Source: a virus (taxonomy: Duplodnaviria > Caudoviricetes). From it: a stretch of DNA of 64,000 bases. Made by a program: the position numbers and the translations under genes. The first letter of the stretch is position 1, and every line of letters begins with the position of its first letter. A model generated the notes under the pieces. It did not search any database. It was given only the letters and a program-made list of their open reading frames with translations, and was not told the origin of the DNA. The stretch covers positions 64,001-128,000 of the IMG/VR virus record IMGVR_UViG_3300021979_000004; one strand, given 5' to 3'. This document shows, piece after piece, positions 54,777-63,633 of the stretch.

Positions 54777-55502
54777 ATGACAGTAGAACGTAAAGAACTG
54801 CAACCGCTAATTGAGAACGTATATGATATGGATGCAGCAGGACAGGTTTATTTCATTAATGAGATATTTGGTAATAAGTTTGGTGGAAACACTCAAGATA
54901 AAGTTATTGCACAAACCGAAAACATCTATGATGAAGCAGAAGAGTTTGTAAAAGATGGACTTGAGCATAACAATCGTAAGGAAGTTATTGATGCTATCGG
55001 TGATCTTCTAACCTTTGGGTATGGTATTGGGTATCTACTTGGCCTAGATAGTAAGGTTGTATATAACTATGATTACTATGAGAATCGTCCTGATATTACA
55101 AATGAACAGATGATTAGACTTGTTGTGTATCAAACAGATGAATTGATTGATGCATTAAATTTAAAAGATGGTAAGGATTATTTGAAAGAGTATGAAAAGC
55201 TCATGGGATTGATCAAGACACTTTGTACTCTCAATGATGTTGGTGAAGATCGTTTGATGACAAGAATCACTGTTAGTAATCTAACTAAAATCTGTTCTAC
55301 CTTTGATGAGTGTCAGGCTACCATAGATAAGTATACAGATATTGGCGTAGATGTTTATTCTAAATACTTTAAAGTGCAAGGTAACTGGATTCACGTTGTA
55401 TATTCTTCAAAAGAACAGGTAGTTAAAGGCAAAATGTATCGCCCACATAAGTTCTTGAAATGCATTTATTTCAAAGAGCCAGTTCTTGATGACCTTGTAT
55501 AA
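54777..55502 (+). CDS. MazG/PRA-PH-like all-alpha NTP pyrophosphohydrolase
   Basis: DEAEE...EVIDAIGDL ExxE/ExxD metal motif; VSNLTK motif; C-terminal GK..K...EP. Confidence 0.75.
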   Translation: MTVERKELQPLIENVYDMDAAGQVYFINEIFGNKFGGNTQDKVIAQTENIYDEAEEFVKDGLEHNNRKEVIDAIGDLLTFGYGIGYLLGLDSKVVYNYDYYENRPDITNEQMIRLVVYQTDELIDALNLKDGKDYLKEYEKLMGLIKTLCTLNDVGEDRLMTRITVSNLTKICSTFDECQATIDKYTDIGVDVYSKYFKVQGNWIHVVYSSKEQVVKGKMYRPHKFLKCIYFKEPVLDDLV

Positions 55503-55526
55503 ATATAAGTAAATGAGGAATCTATC

Positions 55527-56225
55527 ATGGCAGTGAAAATATATAATGTAATCAATAAAGGTGTACGTATTAGTGATGGTGTATTTACTGGACCGTCTCT
55601 GATAACAGACGCAGGGCTGTACATTGAAAGTGCTGGTGGATACTATGCAGGTGGAAATATTTTAGTAGATGGTACTGAATATAAGGTCATTGTCGCACCT
55701 AAAGAACTAGGTGAAGCAGTGAGTACTGAATGGAAAGTAAATAATACGACATCTGGCACTTTTAGTAAATATGACGGTAAGTCAAATATGCAAACAATTA
55801 TAAACTCTGGTGGGATTACCTCTCATCCAGCGTTTAATTTTTGTAACAACTTGAATATAAATGGATTTAGTGATTGGCACTTACCGTCGCCGGATGAATT
55901 AGAGCTATGTTATAGGTTTCTTAAGCCGAACACAATTGATAATTACGTAAGTTCAAGGCCGTTGCATAATGAAACTAATGGTTTTAATCCAAACTCTAAT
56001 CCATTGGGTGGTGGATATACCGTTTCGTCCCCAACACTAACAGTCTCTTCAGAATTCCAATCTGGTAACTCACAGGCGTTCATTGGGGGCGCATATTGGA
56101 CTTCATACGAGCCAGATAGTGTTTCGACTGCTGCATATTATCAGCGTTTTAGTGATGGTCTACAAAATACAACTCTGAAAGATGGAAATTATTATGTGAG
56201 AGCCGTTAGGTGGGTAGAAGTATAA
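55527..56225 (+). CDS. Late protein with DUF1566/Lcl-like C-type-lectin-fold domain
   Basis: DWHLPSPDEL, YWTS and YVRAVR motifs; TATAAATA at 55498-55505; MAVKIYNV start. Confidence 0.75.
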   Translation: MAVKIYNVINKGVRISDGVFTGPSLITDAGLYIESAGGYYAGGNILVDGTEYKVIVAPKELGEAVSTEWKVNNTTSGTFSKYDGKSNMQTIINSGGITSHPAFNFCNNLNINGFSDWHLPSPDELELCYRFLKPNTIDNYVSSRPLHNETNGFNPNSNPLGGGYTVSSPTLTVSSEFQSGNSQAFIGGAYWTSYEPDSVSTAAYYQRFSDGLQNTTLKDGNYYVRAVRWVEV

Positions 56226-56226
56226 T

Positions 56227-56607
56227 ATGATTTTATTTGAATACGATTATGACATGTGTAACTTACCACTCAATGAGAGTATCCAACAGTTAAATGAAGA
56301 AGATTTGGAACGCTTATTCGTAAGTAGTTCCAATGTACATAGTTTCTGGTTTAAAGATAGTGGTAATGGTATTGGTACTTTAACAATAGAATTCAACAAC
56401 GGTGCTGAGTATGAGTATTATCAAGTTCCCTATACTTTAGTCAAATACTTTACAGTAGCACCATCATTTGGTCGATTTGTATGGAAAAACATTCGTGGAC
56501 GTTTCCCATACAAACGTGTAGATGTAAAAGGATATCCATTGATCAAACCACGAGTTAAAGTCAGTACCTCTGGAAAAGAGAAACGCTGGCGTAAGAAGAA
56601 AAAATAA
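56227..56607 (+). CDS. KTSC-domain protein
   Basis: VSSSNVHS...LTIEFNNGAEYEYYQVP...APSFGRFVWKNIRGRFPY. Confidence 0.85.
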   Translation: MILFEYDYDMCNLPLNESIQQLNEEDLERLFVSSSNVHSFWFKDSGNGIGTLTIEFNNGAEYEYYQVPYTLVKYFTVAPSFGRFVWKNIRGRFPYKRVDVKGYPLIKPRVKVSTSGKEKRWRKKKK

Positions 56608-56678
56608 AATCTCTCCGAAGAGAGATTTTTCATTTCTAGAAATCCATAAATATTCTTAAAGATAAAAAGGATATTATA

Positions 56679-58418
56679 ATGACTAAAAAGATTTTCGAAG
56701 GCGTTAAGTTTGGGGATAAAGAAAAAGCTCTGATACTTAAGAATGCCAAAGATTTTAATGTTGGTATAGAATATGAAATGCATTACCGACCTCCCATTGA
56801 TTTTCATGAGTTAGCTTCAGAAGGGTATGAATTTCTTGTTGCAAAAATGGAAGACAATGACCTTCGTGAAGAAATGGAAGATATATATAACTCGGCATTA
56901 GATAGTGATAGTTACCTTACCAATATCACCGCTGACTTTCCAACCATTTTAAAGATGATGTATGCATTGTATGATTATGAGCAGTTTGTTAAGAAAAATG
57001 TAAGACCTGATATTGATGTTGATGCAGCATTCGGTGGTGAGCAAGATGAACTTATTGATGACGAGAAAACACCTGAACTATTTCTAAGGGCTTTGAAGAA
57101 AACCTTTGAAGATCATGAAATAAAATGGGAAGATGCCAAAGAAGTACTTACCAACCTTAAATCTAATTCTCCACAGTACGAAGACATTATACTATTAATG
57201 GATGCGTACTTTGATGGTGATCTGTTTGACGACGATGGCTCTATGGGTATGTATTCGGATTACCTTATGATATTAACCAACGTTGTTACTTCTGATGATG
57301 AGAAGACGATTGCTGGTATGGTCGATAGTATGGCGAACACTGAAATAGGTCCGCCTACCCCTGAAGAAGAGCTTGACTTTACAATGGGAAAGGTTAGTTC
57401 AGATACAATAAAGTACGAGGATTATAATTCATATCGCTTAAGTAAAGAGCCAATCGAAGTCATTGAAGAAATAGTATTAGATTATTTCCGAGAACATGGT
57501 AGTGATTACGTACATGAAATGACCGGTGACGATGAGGGTATACCTACGGAAGGTAACCTTGCTGACAATGGTGTAGATACTACTGTAATAAATGCTATAT
57601 CTACTGATCATGGTGGGCAAGCTGAAGTTATTACAGAACAGATGGATGTCATTGAAGCGTTTGAAAATATATCACAGATGTTTTATTTTATCGAAAACCA
57701 TGCAGAAACTAGTAACATATCTGGTATGCACGTTTCGATTTCAACAAACAAGTATGATCTTGATGATTTCAACATGATGAAATATGTAGCAATGCTTGAT
57801 ATGGATCACATTTTAGAAATGTTTCCAGAAAGACAATATGTATATGACTTAAGTGGGATAATCAATGGTGCTATACAAGATGAAATGGCAGGAACCATTG
57901 AAGAAGAATATATAAACAGTAAAGGTAGAATGTCCGCTGCGAACTTAGTTAAAAGTCTTGCACGTGCAGCAAAATATATGATCGACACTGAGAAATACCA
58001 ATCTATAAAGTTTGGTGACTATCGTATTATGGATGGGCGTATTGAATTAAGGTTCTTTGGTGGCGAAGATTACCATACAATGGAAAACGAAATTAAACAC
58101 CATATTCTTAGAGCATTGTATCTATTAAATTTTGCATACACTGATGAATACAATAATGTTTATTATAAAAAGATTGCAAAGATGGTCAATAGTAATATAA
58201 AAGATCAGTATGGTGTATCTATAAGTACGCTGGTTTCAGCAATTGAGAAAGTAAACAAGATGTTCCCTGAGAAGATAACAGGAATGTATGAGCGATATGT
58301 TGATAGCCTTGGTGGTTATCAATCTGATGATTTGAAAATGTTTGACAGATTTATGAAAAAGACCTTCGGCAACGAATGGTATAGGAAGTTAGATTTTTTA
58401 AGGGGTTTATATGACTAA
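56679..58418 (+). CDS. Putative amidoligase (COOH-NH2 ligase type 2 fold), paralog 1
   Basis: VGIEYE, AEV, SGMHVSIS, KYQSI and RIELRFFGG motifs; CATAAATA at 56645-56652. Confidence 0.75.
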   Translation: MTKKIFEGVKFGDKEKALILKNAKDFNVGIEYEMHYRPPIDFHELASEGYEFLVAKMEDNDLREEMEDIYNSALDSDSYLTNITADFPTILKMMYALYDYEQFVKKNVRPDIDVDAAFGGEQDELIDDEKTPELFLRALKKTFEDHEIKWEDAKEVLTNLKSNSPQYEDIILLMDAYFDGDLFDDDGSMGMYSDYLMILTNVVTSDDEKTIAGMVDSMANTEIGPPTPEEELDFTMGKVSSDTIKYEDYNSYRLSKEPIEVIEEIVLDYFREHGSDYVHEMTGDDEGIPTEGNLADNGVDTTVINAISTDHGGQAEVITEQMDVIEAFENISQMFYFIENHAETSNISGMHVSISTNKYDLDDFNMMKYVAMLDMDHILEMFPERQYVYDLSGIINGAIQDEMAGTIEEEYINSKGRMSAANLVKSLARAAKYMIDTEKYQSIKFGDYRIMDGRIELRFFGGEDYHTMENEIKHHILRALYLLNFAYTDEYNNVYYKKIAKMVNSNIKDQYGVSISTLVSAIEKVNKMFPEKITGMYERYVDSLGGYQSDDLKMFDRFMKKTFGNEWYRKLDFLRGLYD

Positions 58419-60186
58419 GAAGTTATGGGAAGGTATTAAGTTTGGTGATCGTGAGAAGAAAGTAGTTCTCCAAAACTCTGAGGATTACTATGTTGGTATC
58501 GAGTATGAGTTTAATATCAACGAAGAAGAACCTAAATCAGTACGCGACCTTGTTGATTTTGAGCAAGACCCAGATGATATCATTCGTGACATGGTTAGTG
58601 TCAGTGAAGATAATGACGTAGACTTAGATTCGGACTATGCATCATATATGATAAACTATTTGGAATCCACGTTTAATATTGAAGATTATGTACCAAGTGT
58701 CTGCATGGACTTGTTTTATGTTATAAGACACCTTACAGAAAAACTAACCGATAGTGAACCAGAAGATACAGAAACAGAAGATATGTTTCCTGATGAGAAA
58801 AAGGACGCATACTTTAAAATCTATCGTGACCTTTTCTTTGAACAATCCAAACAGGGTGAAATAGATTTAAATAATATCTATGAGTTGTTTAACTCTGAAG
58901 CTATAGGCACACATGCGTTCTATGCGATATGTAAAGTACTAGACGTGTATTACGATGGTAATTTATTTGAAGGTCAGACAACCCTTATGGAAGACTTCTA
59001 TGAATTCTATAGTTTGAACTTAGAATTAAACCCTGAATTCTTCGATATTAGAAATTCTGAAGATAATATAAGAGAACTAGAAGATATAGACAGTACCAAT
59101 AAAACAATAATTCAAATAGTTGACCATCTTAGAAAGTCTTCCTTAAAAAACTTTTTCACAAAAGATGATGAGTTATCATATACAGTCGATGAGAATGGAT
59201 TTAGTTTAAGTGATTTTGATATTAGTGATTATATAAAGTACGTAGAAGAGTACGGTAATATCCCTGACGTAACTAATTTCTTGGTTGATTCTTTTACTGA
59301 CTATGTTGATGGTGGGTATTTTGAAAATGAAACCCCAGACTTAGATGAAGATGAGTTACATTCTCAGGTTGCGTTCATAGATCGTATAGTAGATGAACAT
59401 GACGATATGAAAGAAGTTATAACTGAAAAGATGACTGTTATGGATGCAATCGAAAACATTCAGGATATGTTTAGGTTTATGAGTAACAACACCCACGTGG
59501 AGCATTATGCAGGAATGCATATTTCCATATCAACAACTAAGTATGATCTTGATGATTTTAATCTAGCTAAGTTTATCACAATAATGGATATCGACCATAT
59601 CCGTGATTATTTCCCAGACCGTGGACATGTGTCTGACCTCCAAGAAATAGTGATGAATATTATTAATGAAAATATTCATGGTGTTATATTACGTCATGTC
59701 GATAGAAAAGAGAAGTCTATGGTGGGAGTTATTAAGGACATTGAATATGGTATTGACAAAGGAACGTCTGAACATAAGTATCAAACTATAAACTTCGGGG
59801 ATTATAAATTTCATGATGGTCGTATAGAGCTAAGATTCTTTGGTGGTGAAAATTACCATGAACGATATGAAGACATACTGACCCATTTGCTACGCGCACT
59901 GTATCTACTTAACTTCGCATATACTGATGAGCATAACAAGGATTACTATAAGAAGATAACCAAAATGGTTAATGCTGTAGTAAAAGAAAAGTATAACTTT
60001 TCGTTTTCATATATGTATAGCTCTTTGATGAAAATATCCGAACAGATTGATATTTTGGAATTCTTAAATGATCTTGGTTTAGGTGATCATGATCCTAAAC
60101 ACTTCGATTTGTTTAAAAGGTACTTTAAAAACAATACGGTTGATATATTAGATAAGCTTTATGTAGCAGCACGATATAGTATGTAA
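58411..60186 (+). CDS. Putative amidoligase, paralog 2
   Basis: VGIEYE, AGMHISIS, KYQTI, RIELRFFGG; N-terminus MTKKLWEGIKFGD nearly identical to paralog 1. Confidence 0.75.
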   Translation: MTKKLWEGIKFGDREKKVVLQNSEDYYVGIEYEFNINEEEPKSVRDLVDFEQDPDDIIRDMVSVSEDNDVDLDSDYASYMINYLESTFNIEDYVPSVCMDLFYVIRHLTEKLTDSEPEDTETEDMFPDEKKDAYFKIYRDLFFEQSKQGEIDLNNIYELFNSEAIGTHAFYAICKVLDVYYDGNLFEGQTTLMEDFYEFYSLNLELNPEFFDIRNSEDNIRELEDIDSTNKTIIQIVDHLRKSSLKNFFTKDDELSYTVDENGFSLSDFDISDYIKYVEEYGNIPDVTNFLVDSFTDYVDGGYFENETPDLDEDELHSQVAFIDRIVDEHDDMKEVITEKMTVMDAIENIQDMFRFMSNNTHVEHYAGMHISISTTKYDLDDFNLAKFITIMDIDHIRDYFPDRGHVSDLQEIVMNIINENIHGVILRHVDRKEKSMVGVIKDIEYGIDKGTSEHKYQTINFGDYKFHDGRIELRFFGGENYHERYEDILTHLLRALYLLNFAYTDEHNKDYYKKITKMVNAVVKEKYNFSFSYMYSSLMKISEQIDILEFLNDLGLGDHDPKHFDLFKRYFKNNTVDILDKLYVAARYSM

Positions 60187-60241
60187 TCTCTATCTAAAAA
60201 TAGGAAACTATGTTATACTGGATTCTTTTAGGAGGTCCAGT

Positions 60242-60487
60242 ATGTTTTTTATTGAAGTACTAGGTTTGATTGCAACTGCGTTTGTAGTTCTAAGCTTTAC
60301 CTTTAAGAAATTAAGAACCGTGAGAATTGTTAACCTTGTTGGTTCGATTCTCTTTATAGTCTATGGTGTTCTTCTAGCGATGAATGCCGGAACCATCGTA
60401 GGGTTTGTTTCGATCATCTTAGTAAATGCCATTCTTCTTATGATCAACGGTACACATCTATTGCGTAAAACTGATCAAGCTTATTAA
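60242..60487 (+). CDS. YgjV-like small inner-membrane protein
   Basis: LGLIATAFVVLSF...LRTVRIVNLVGSILFIVYG; AGGAGG RBS. Confidence 0.7.
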   Translation: MFFIEVLGLIATAFVVLSFTFKKLRTVRIVNLVGSILFIVYGVLLAMNAGTIVGFVSIILVNAILLMINGTHLLRKTDQAY

Positions 60488-60550
60488 CAAAACCTATTAG
60501 ATTTTCTCCGTTTATTAAGATATTCTATACTAAATATAATAAACGGAGAA

Positions 60551-60775
60551 ATGATTATGCTTATTAAATACGAAAGCTTTTTTAAGACACTTACATTTTG
60601 CGTCATACATTTCATTGTAGGGTTTACAGTAGCCTATATGTTTACCGGCTCTATAGCTATTGCTGGTGGGATAGCACTAGTGGAGCCTATGGCAAATACA
60701 GTAGTCTACTATTTCCACGAGAAGGTGTGGAAGAAGATTAATAAGCAGGCAAAGAACTCTTTTACTATCGCTTGA
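60551..60775 (+). CDS. DUF2061-like small membrane protein
   Basis: KTLTF...TGS..IAGGIALVEP..NTVVYYFHEKVW. Confidence 0.8.
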   Translation: MIMLIKYESFFKTLTFCVIHFIVGFTVAYMFTGSIAIAGGIALVEPMANTVVYYFHEKVWKKINKQAKNSFTIA

Positions 60776-60917
60776 ATTTTTCTTTAAACGAAGAAAGACA
60801 CTTCTTACAACCAGAACAAATTTCATAGTCTGTTGCAAGTTGCTTCAGACTTTTTTGTTCTTTCTTGTATTGCTCAACTGTGTTATCATTTATGTTTTTA
60901 CAGATACAAATGATCAT
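60765..60917 (-). CDS. bfd: Bfd-like [2Fe-2S] protein, 50 aa (not in ORF track)
   Basis: MIICICKNIND...CSGCKKC: N-terminal CxC plus distal Cys cluster typical of BFD; AGGA RBS. Confidence 0.7.
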   Translation of the reverse strand: MIICICKNINDNTVEQYKKEQKSLKQLATDYEICSGCKKCLSSFKEKFKR

Positions 60918-60944
60918 AAATAATCCTATAAGTTGGAGTAATAT

Positions 60945-61136
60945 ATGTATACCGTACTAGTTACATTTATACTAATTTTCATAATTAAGTTATTATATCA
61001 TAGTAATAAAATAAATCAAATAAAACGTGCAGGCGGTAAAGGTGACTTCCACCAGTTTGTTGTTAATGGTTCTTATAAGAAAAACCTTGAACGCGAACGT
61101 CGAGCAAGAGGAAAGAATAAACGTAAGCGTAGGTAG
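60945..61136 (+). CDS. Small basic membrane-anchored protein
   Basis: GGAG RBS; N-terminal TM, Arg/Lys-rich tail. Confidence 0.6.
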   Translation: MYTVLVTFILIFIIKLLYHSNKINQIKRAGGKGDFHQFVVNGSYKKNLERERRARGKNKRKRR

Positions 61137-61137
61137 C

Positions 61138-61166
61138 TTGACATAATTCATTTTGTATGTATTATC
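61138..61166 (+). promoter_or_regulatory. sigma70-type promoter
   Basis: TTGACA-17-TATTAT. Confidence 0.7.
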
Positions 61167-61190
61167 TTTCTTAAAGAATAGGGGAAAATT

Positions 61191-61667
61191 ATGCCCAAAA
61201 TAAGAGAAGACAATAAAGGGAAATATTTTGTTTCCGAAGGTCGAATTGTTAGACCAGTAGAAAATACAAGCTTTGAATCGGATACATCAGTCGATGCGTC
61301 ACAATGTAAAGGCACACCTATCTATGGTGTAGGCAAAGATGATAGTTGTGGACGTGGCGAGTATCTTGAAGCATGGTTTGATACCGGTCTTGAAAGTAGT
61401 GTACATTCATCCTTAGTTGAGGGGAAAATTAACGAAGATGATCCTTTACTAAAGGTAGAAGATGTTCAACGTATGATTTTAGAAGATTATCCAATATCTT
61501 ATGTTGACAACAAGGTATCTTTTGTTACCATCAAGAATAATCATAAAGAAGTCGTTGATAATGGCAATTCCAGTATTGCGAAAGCTCTTAAGGAATCCTT
61601 ATCAAACGAAATGGGAGATATCCCACCATTGAATATTTTTGATGATAACGGTGAAGATAATGTTTAA
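61191..61667 (+). CDS. Hypothetical protein
   Basis: GGGG RBS; ORF track. Confidence 0.65.
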   Translation: MPKIREDNKGKYFVSEGRIVRPVENTSFESDTSVDASQCKGTPIYGVGKDDSCGRGEYLEAWFDTGLESSVHSSLVEGKINEDDPLLKVEDVQRMILEDYPISYVDNKVSFVTIKNNHKEVVDNGNSSIAKALKESLSNEMGDIPPLNIFDDNGEDNV

Positions 61668-61929
61668 GACTTTGAATGATAAAGACAGATATAGTGAAGT
61701 ACCTGAATTTCTGAAAGACGCAATCCGTAATCTTCTATTCGAAGGCCAATCGGTTGTATATGACTTTGATGCACATTACTCACCCGCAAGGGCACAGAGA
61801 AAAGCGCATATTATTAGTGATGAAAAGCCGGATGGCACAGTAACTATTAAGCGATACATCGTTAATTACGTAACTAACTGTGGTGTAGTCGAAGTATTCA
61901 ATATTACAGAAGATAAAAATACTTGGTGA
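61639..61929 (+). CDS. Hypothetical protein
   Basis: ORF track; probable start MFKTLND. Confidence 0.6.
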   Translation: MMITVKIMFKTLNDKDRYSEVPEFLKDAIRNLLFEGQSVVYDFDAHYSPARAQRKAHIISDEKPDGTVTIKRYIVNYVTNCGVVEVFNITEDKNTW

Positions 61930-61935
61930 ATTATA

Positions 61936-63291
61936 ATGAAAAATGTTTATGACGCTATTCAAGCAATGGCTTCAACCACTAAAAGAAAAGAAAAAGAATC
62001 AATCCTTGAGGATATTAAAGCATCCTCTCTTAATGACACATTTAAACGTGTAGCCTTTCTTGCACTAGACCCCAGACATAACTTCAACATCGTTGAGTAT
62101 GATCAACAGGAATTCCTTGCAGAAAGCTCTAGTGAATCATGTACGTTGGACGAAGCTCTAGATATTCTTGAAGACAAGATTCTCAATGAAGGTGTTCGTG
62201 GGAATGCTGCAAAAGATTTACTATTTGATTTATCAGGTAAGCTATTACCAGAAGATCAGTACGTTCTAAAATGTATTATTGATAGAACCCTACGTTGTGG
62301 TGTTAGTGATAAGACCGTGAATAAAATTTGGGGTGACTTAATCTATATTCATCCATATCGTCGCTGCTCGTCATTCTCTGAGAAAAATATAAAGAGTATC
62401 AATCTACCTGCCATTTCTCAATTAAAAGAAGATGGTATGTATGTTGATATTGTAGTGCACGATGGCAAAGTGGAATACCGTTCTCGTAGTGGTGGTTACT
62501 TCGCTTGGCATACAGAAGAGAATGATACCCTTCTTAAGTCAAACTGCGAAGGTAATGTTCTTATGGGCGAAGCATTGGTTAAGGACGAAGACGGTAATAT
62601 CATGGAGCGTCAAGCTGGTAATGGTTACTTGAACGGCGATGAGGTTGATCCTAAGCGAATTATCTTTAGTCTATGGGATATCATACCCTATGATGAATGG
62701 CGCAATGGTAAGTCTACACAGCCCTATTCAAAGACATATGATAGACTGCTTGATATAGTACCAAAGCTGAACTATGCGTTTCGTATTGTTGATACACGCA
62801 TTGTTGAAACTGTTGATGATATCATTCAGCATTTTAAATCAAACATTGCTCAAGGTCTTGAAGGTAGTGTTATTAAGAACCTAGATAGTGTTTGGAAAGA
62901 TGGAACCAGTAACGACCAAGTAAAAGTTAAGCTAATCTTCGAGGTGGAACTTGAAGTAGTCTCAGTTTATGAAGGTGAGAAAGGCCGTAAGTATGAAGGT
63001 AAGCTAGGTGGTGTTACTGCGAAAACATCTGATGGACTACTTATGTCCGATGTTGGTGGTGGTTGGAAAGACGCAGAGCGTGAAAAATACTTCAATAATC
63101 CTGAACTGATTGAAGGTAAAATTATTACAGTTAAGGCATGTGATATTTCTAAGAGTGATGACAATGAATACTTTGCTTTAAGTAATCCACGTTTCATAGA
63201 AATACGTAGTGATAAGTCTGAATCTGATTCATTTGAACGTGTCAAAGAACAAAAGCAGGCATCAGTAGAAAGCTTGAATATTATTACATAA
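61936..63291 (+). CDS. lig: ATP-dependent DNA ligase (T4 gp30-like)
   Basis: Adenylation motif KEDG, LMGEAL, EGSVIK, KVK, and C-terminal PRFIEIRSDK. Confidence 0.95.
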   Translation: MKNVYDAIQAMASTTKRKEKESILEDIKASSLNDTFKRVAFLALDPRHNFNIVEYDQQEFLAESSSESCTLDEALDILEDKILNEGVRGNAAKDLLFDLSGKLLPEDQYVLKCIIDRTLRCGVSDKTVNKIWGDLIYIHPYRRCSSFSEKNIKSINLPAISQLKEDGMYVDIVVHDGKVEYRSRSGGYFAWHTEENDTLLKSNCEGNVLMGEALVKDEDGNIMERQAGNGYLNGDEVDPKRIIFSLWDIIPYDEWRNGKSTQPYSKTYDRLLDIVPKLNYAFRIVDTRIVETVDDIIQHFKSNIAQGLEGSVIKNLDSVWKDGTSNDQVKVKLIFEVELEVVSVYEGEKGRKYEGKLGGVTAKTSDGLLMSDVGGGWKDAEREKYFNNPELIEGKIITVKACDISKSDDNEYFALSNPRFIEIRSDKSESDSFERVKEQKQASVESLNIIT

Positions 63292-63300
63292 GGAAAATAT

Positions 63301-63633
63301 ATGGATTGGATTACTATTGTCGGTATTATAGCTGCTTCATTTACTATTATTTCAACTGTATATCTAGTCGTTTCTAAGGTTCGCCGCTTTATGAAAGCGG
63401 TGGATACCCGACTTGTTGCACTAGAAGATAGTTTTAAAATAAGAGAAGAGCTTATATTAACCGAAGAAATTGTTGTTCTCAATGAAGATAATAATAGAAC
63501 ATACACATTAAGAGAAGGTACGGTAGTTATAGTTTACAATATCGTAGATGACATTGTAGAGTTTGTAACTAAAGATCGTCTTATAACCGCAAAAGCAAAT
63601 ATTAAAAATTTTAGACAAGAGGAAATAAAATGA
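63301..63633 (+). CDS. Single-TM hypothetical protein
   Basis: AAGGA RBS; N-terminal TM. Confidence 0.65.
   Translation: MDWITIVGIIAASFTIISTVYLVVSKVRRFMKAVDTRLVALEDSFKIREELILTEEIVVLNEDNNRTYTLREGTVVIVYNIVDDIVEFVTKDRLITAKANIKNFRQEEIK

Noticed and set aside
62967-63506. 179-aa minus-strand ORF and other antisense ORFs (e.g. 8133, 8592, 9066, 9312, 25720, 29704, 40147, 49641)
   Set aside because: They lie opposite well-supported genes, have Ser/Leu/Ile-biased shadow composition and no RBS.
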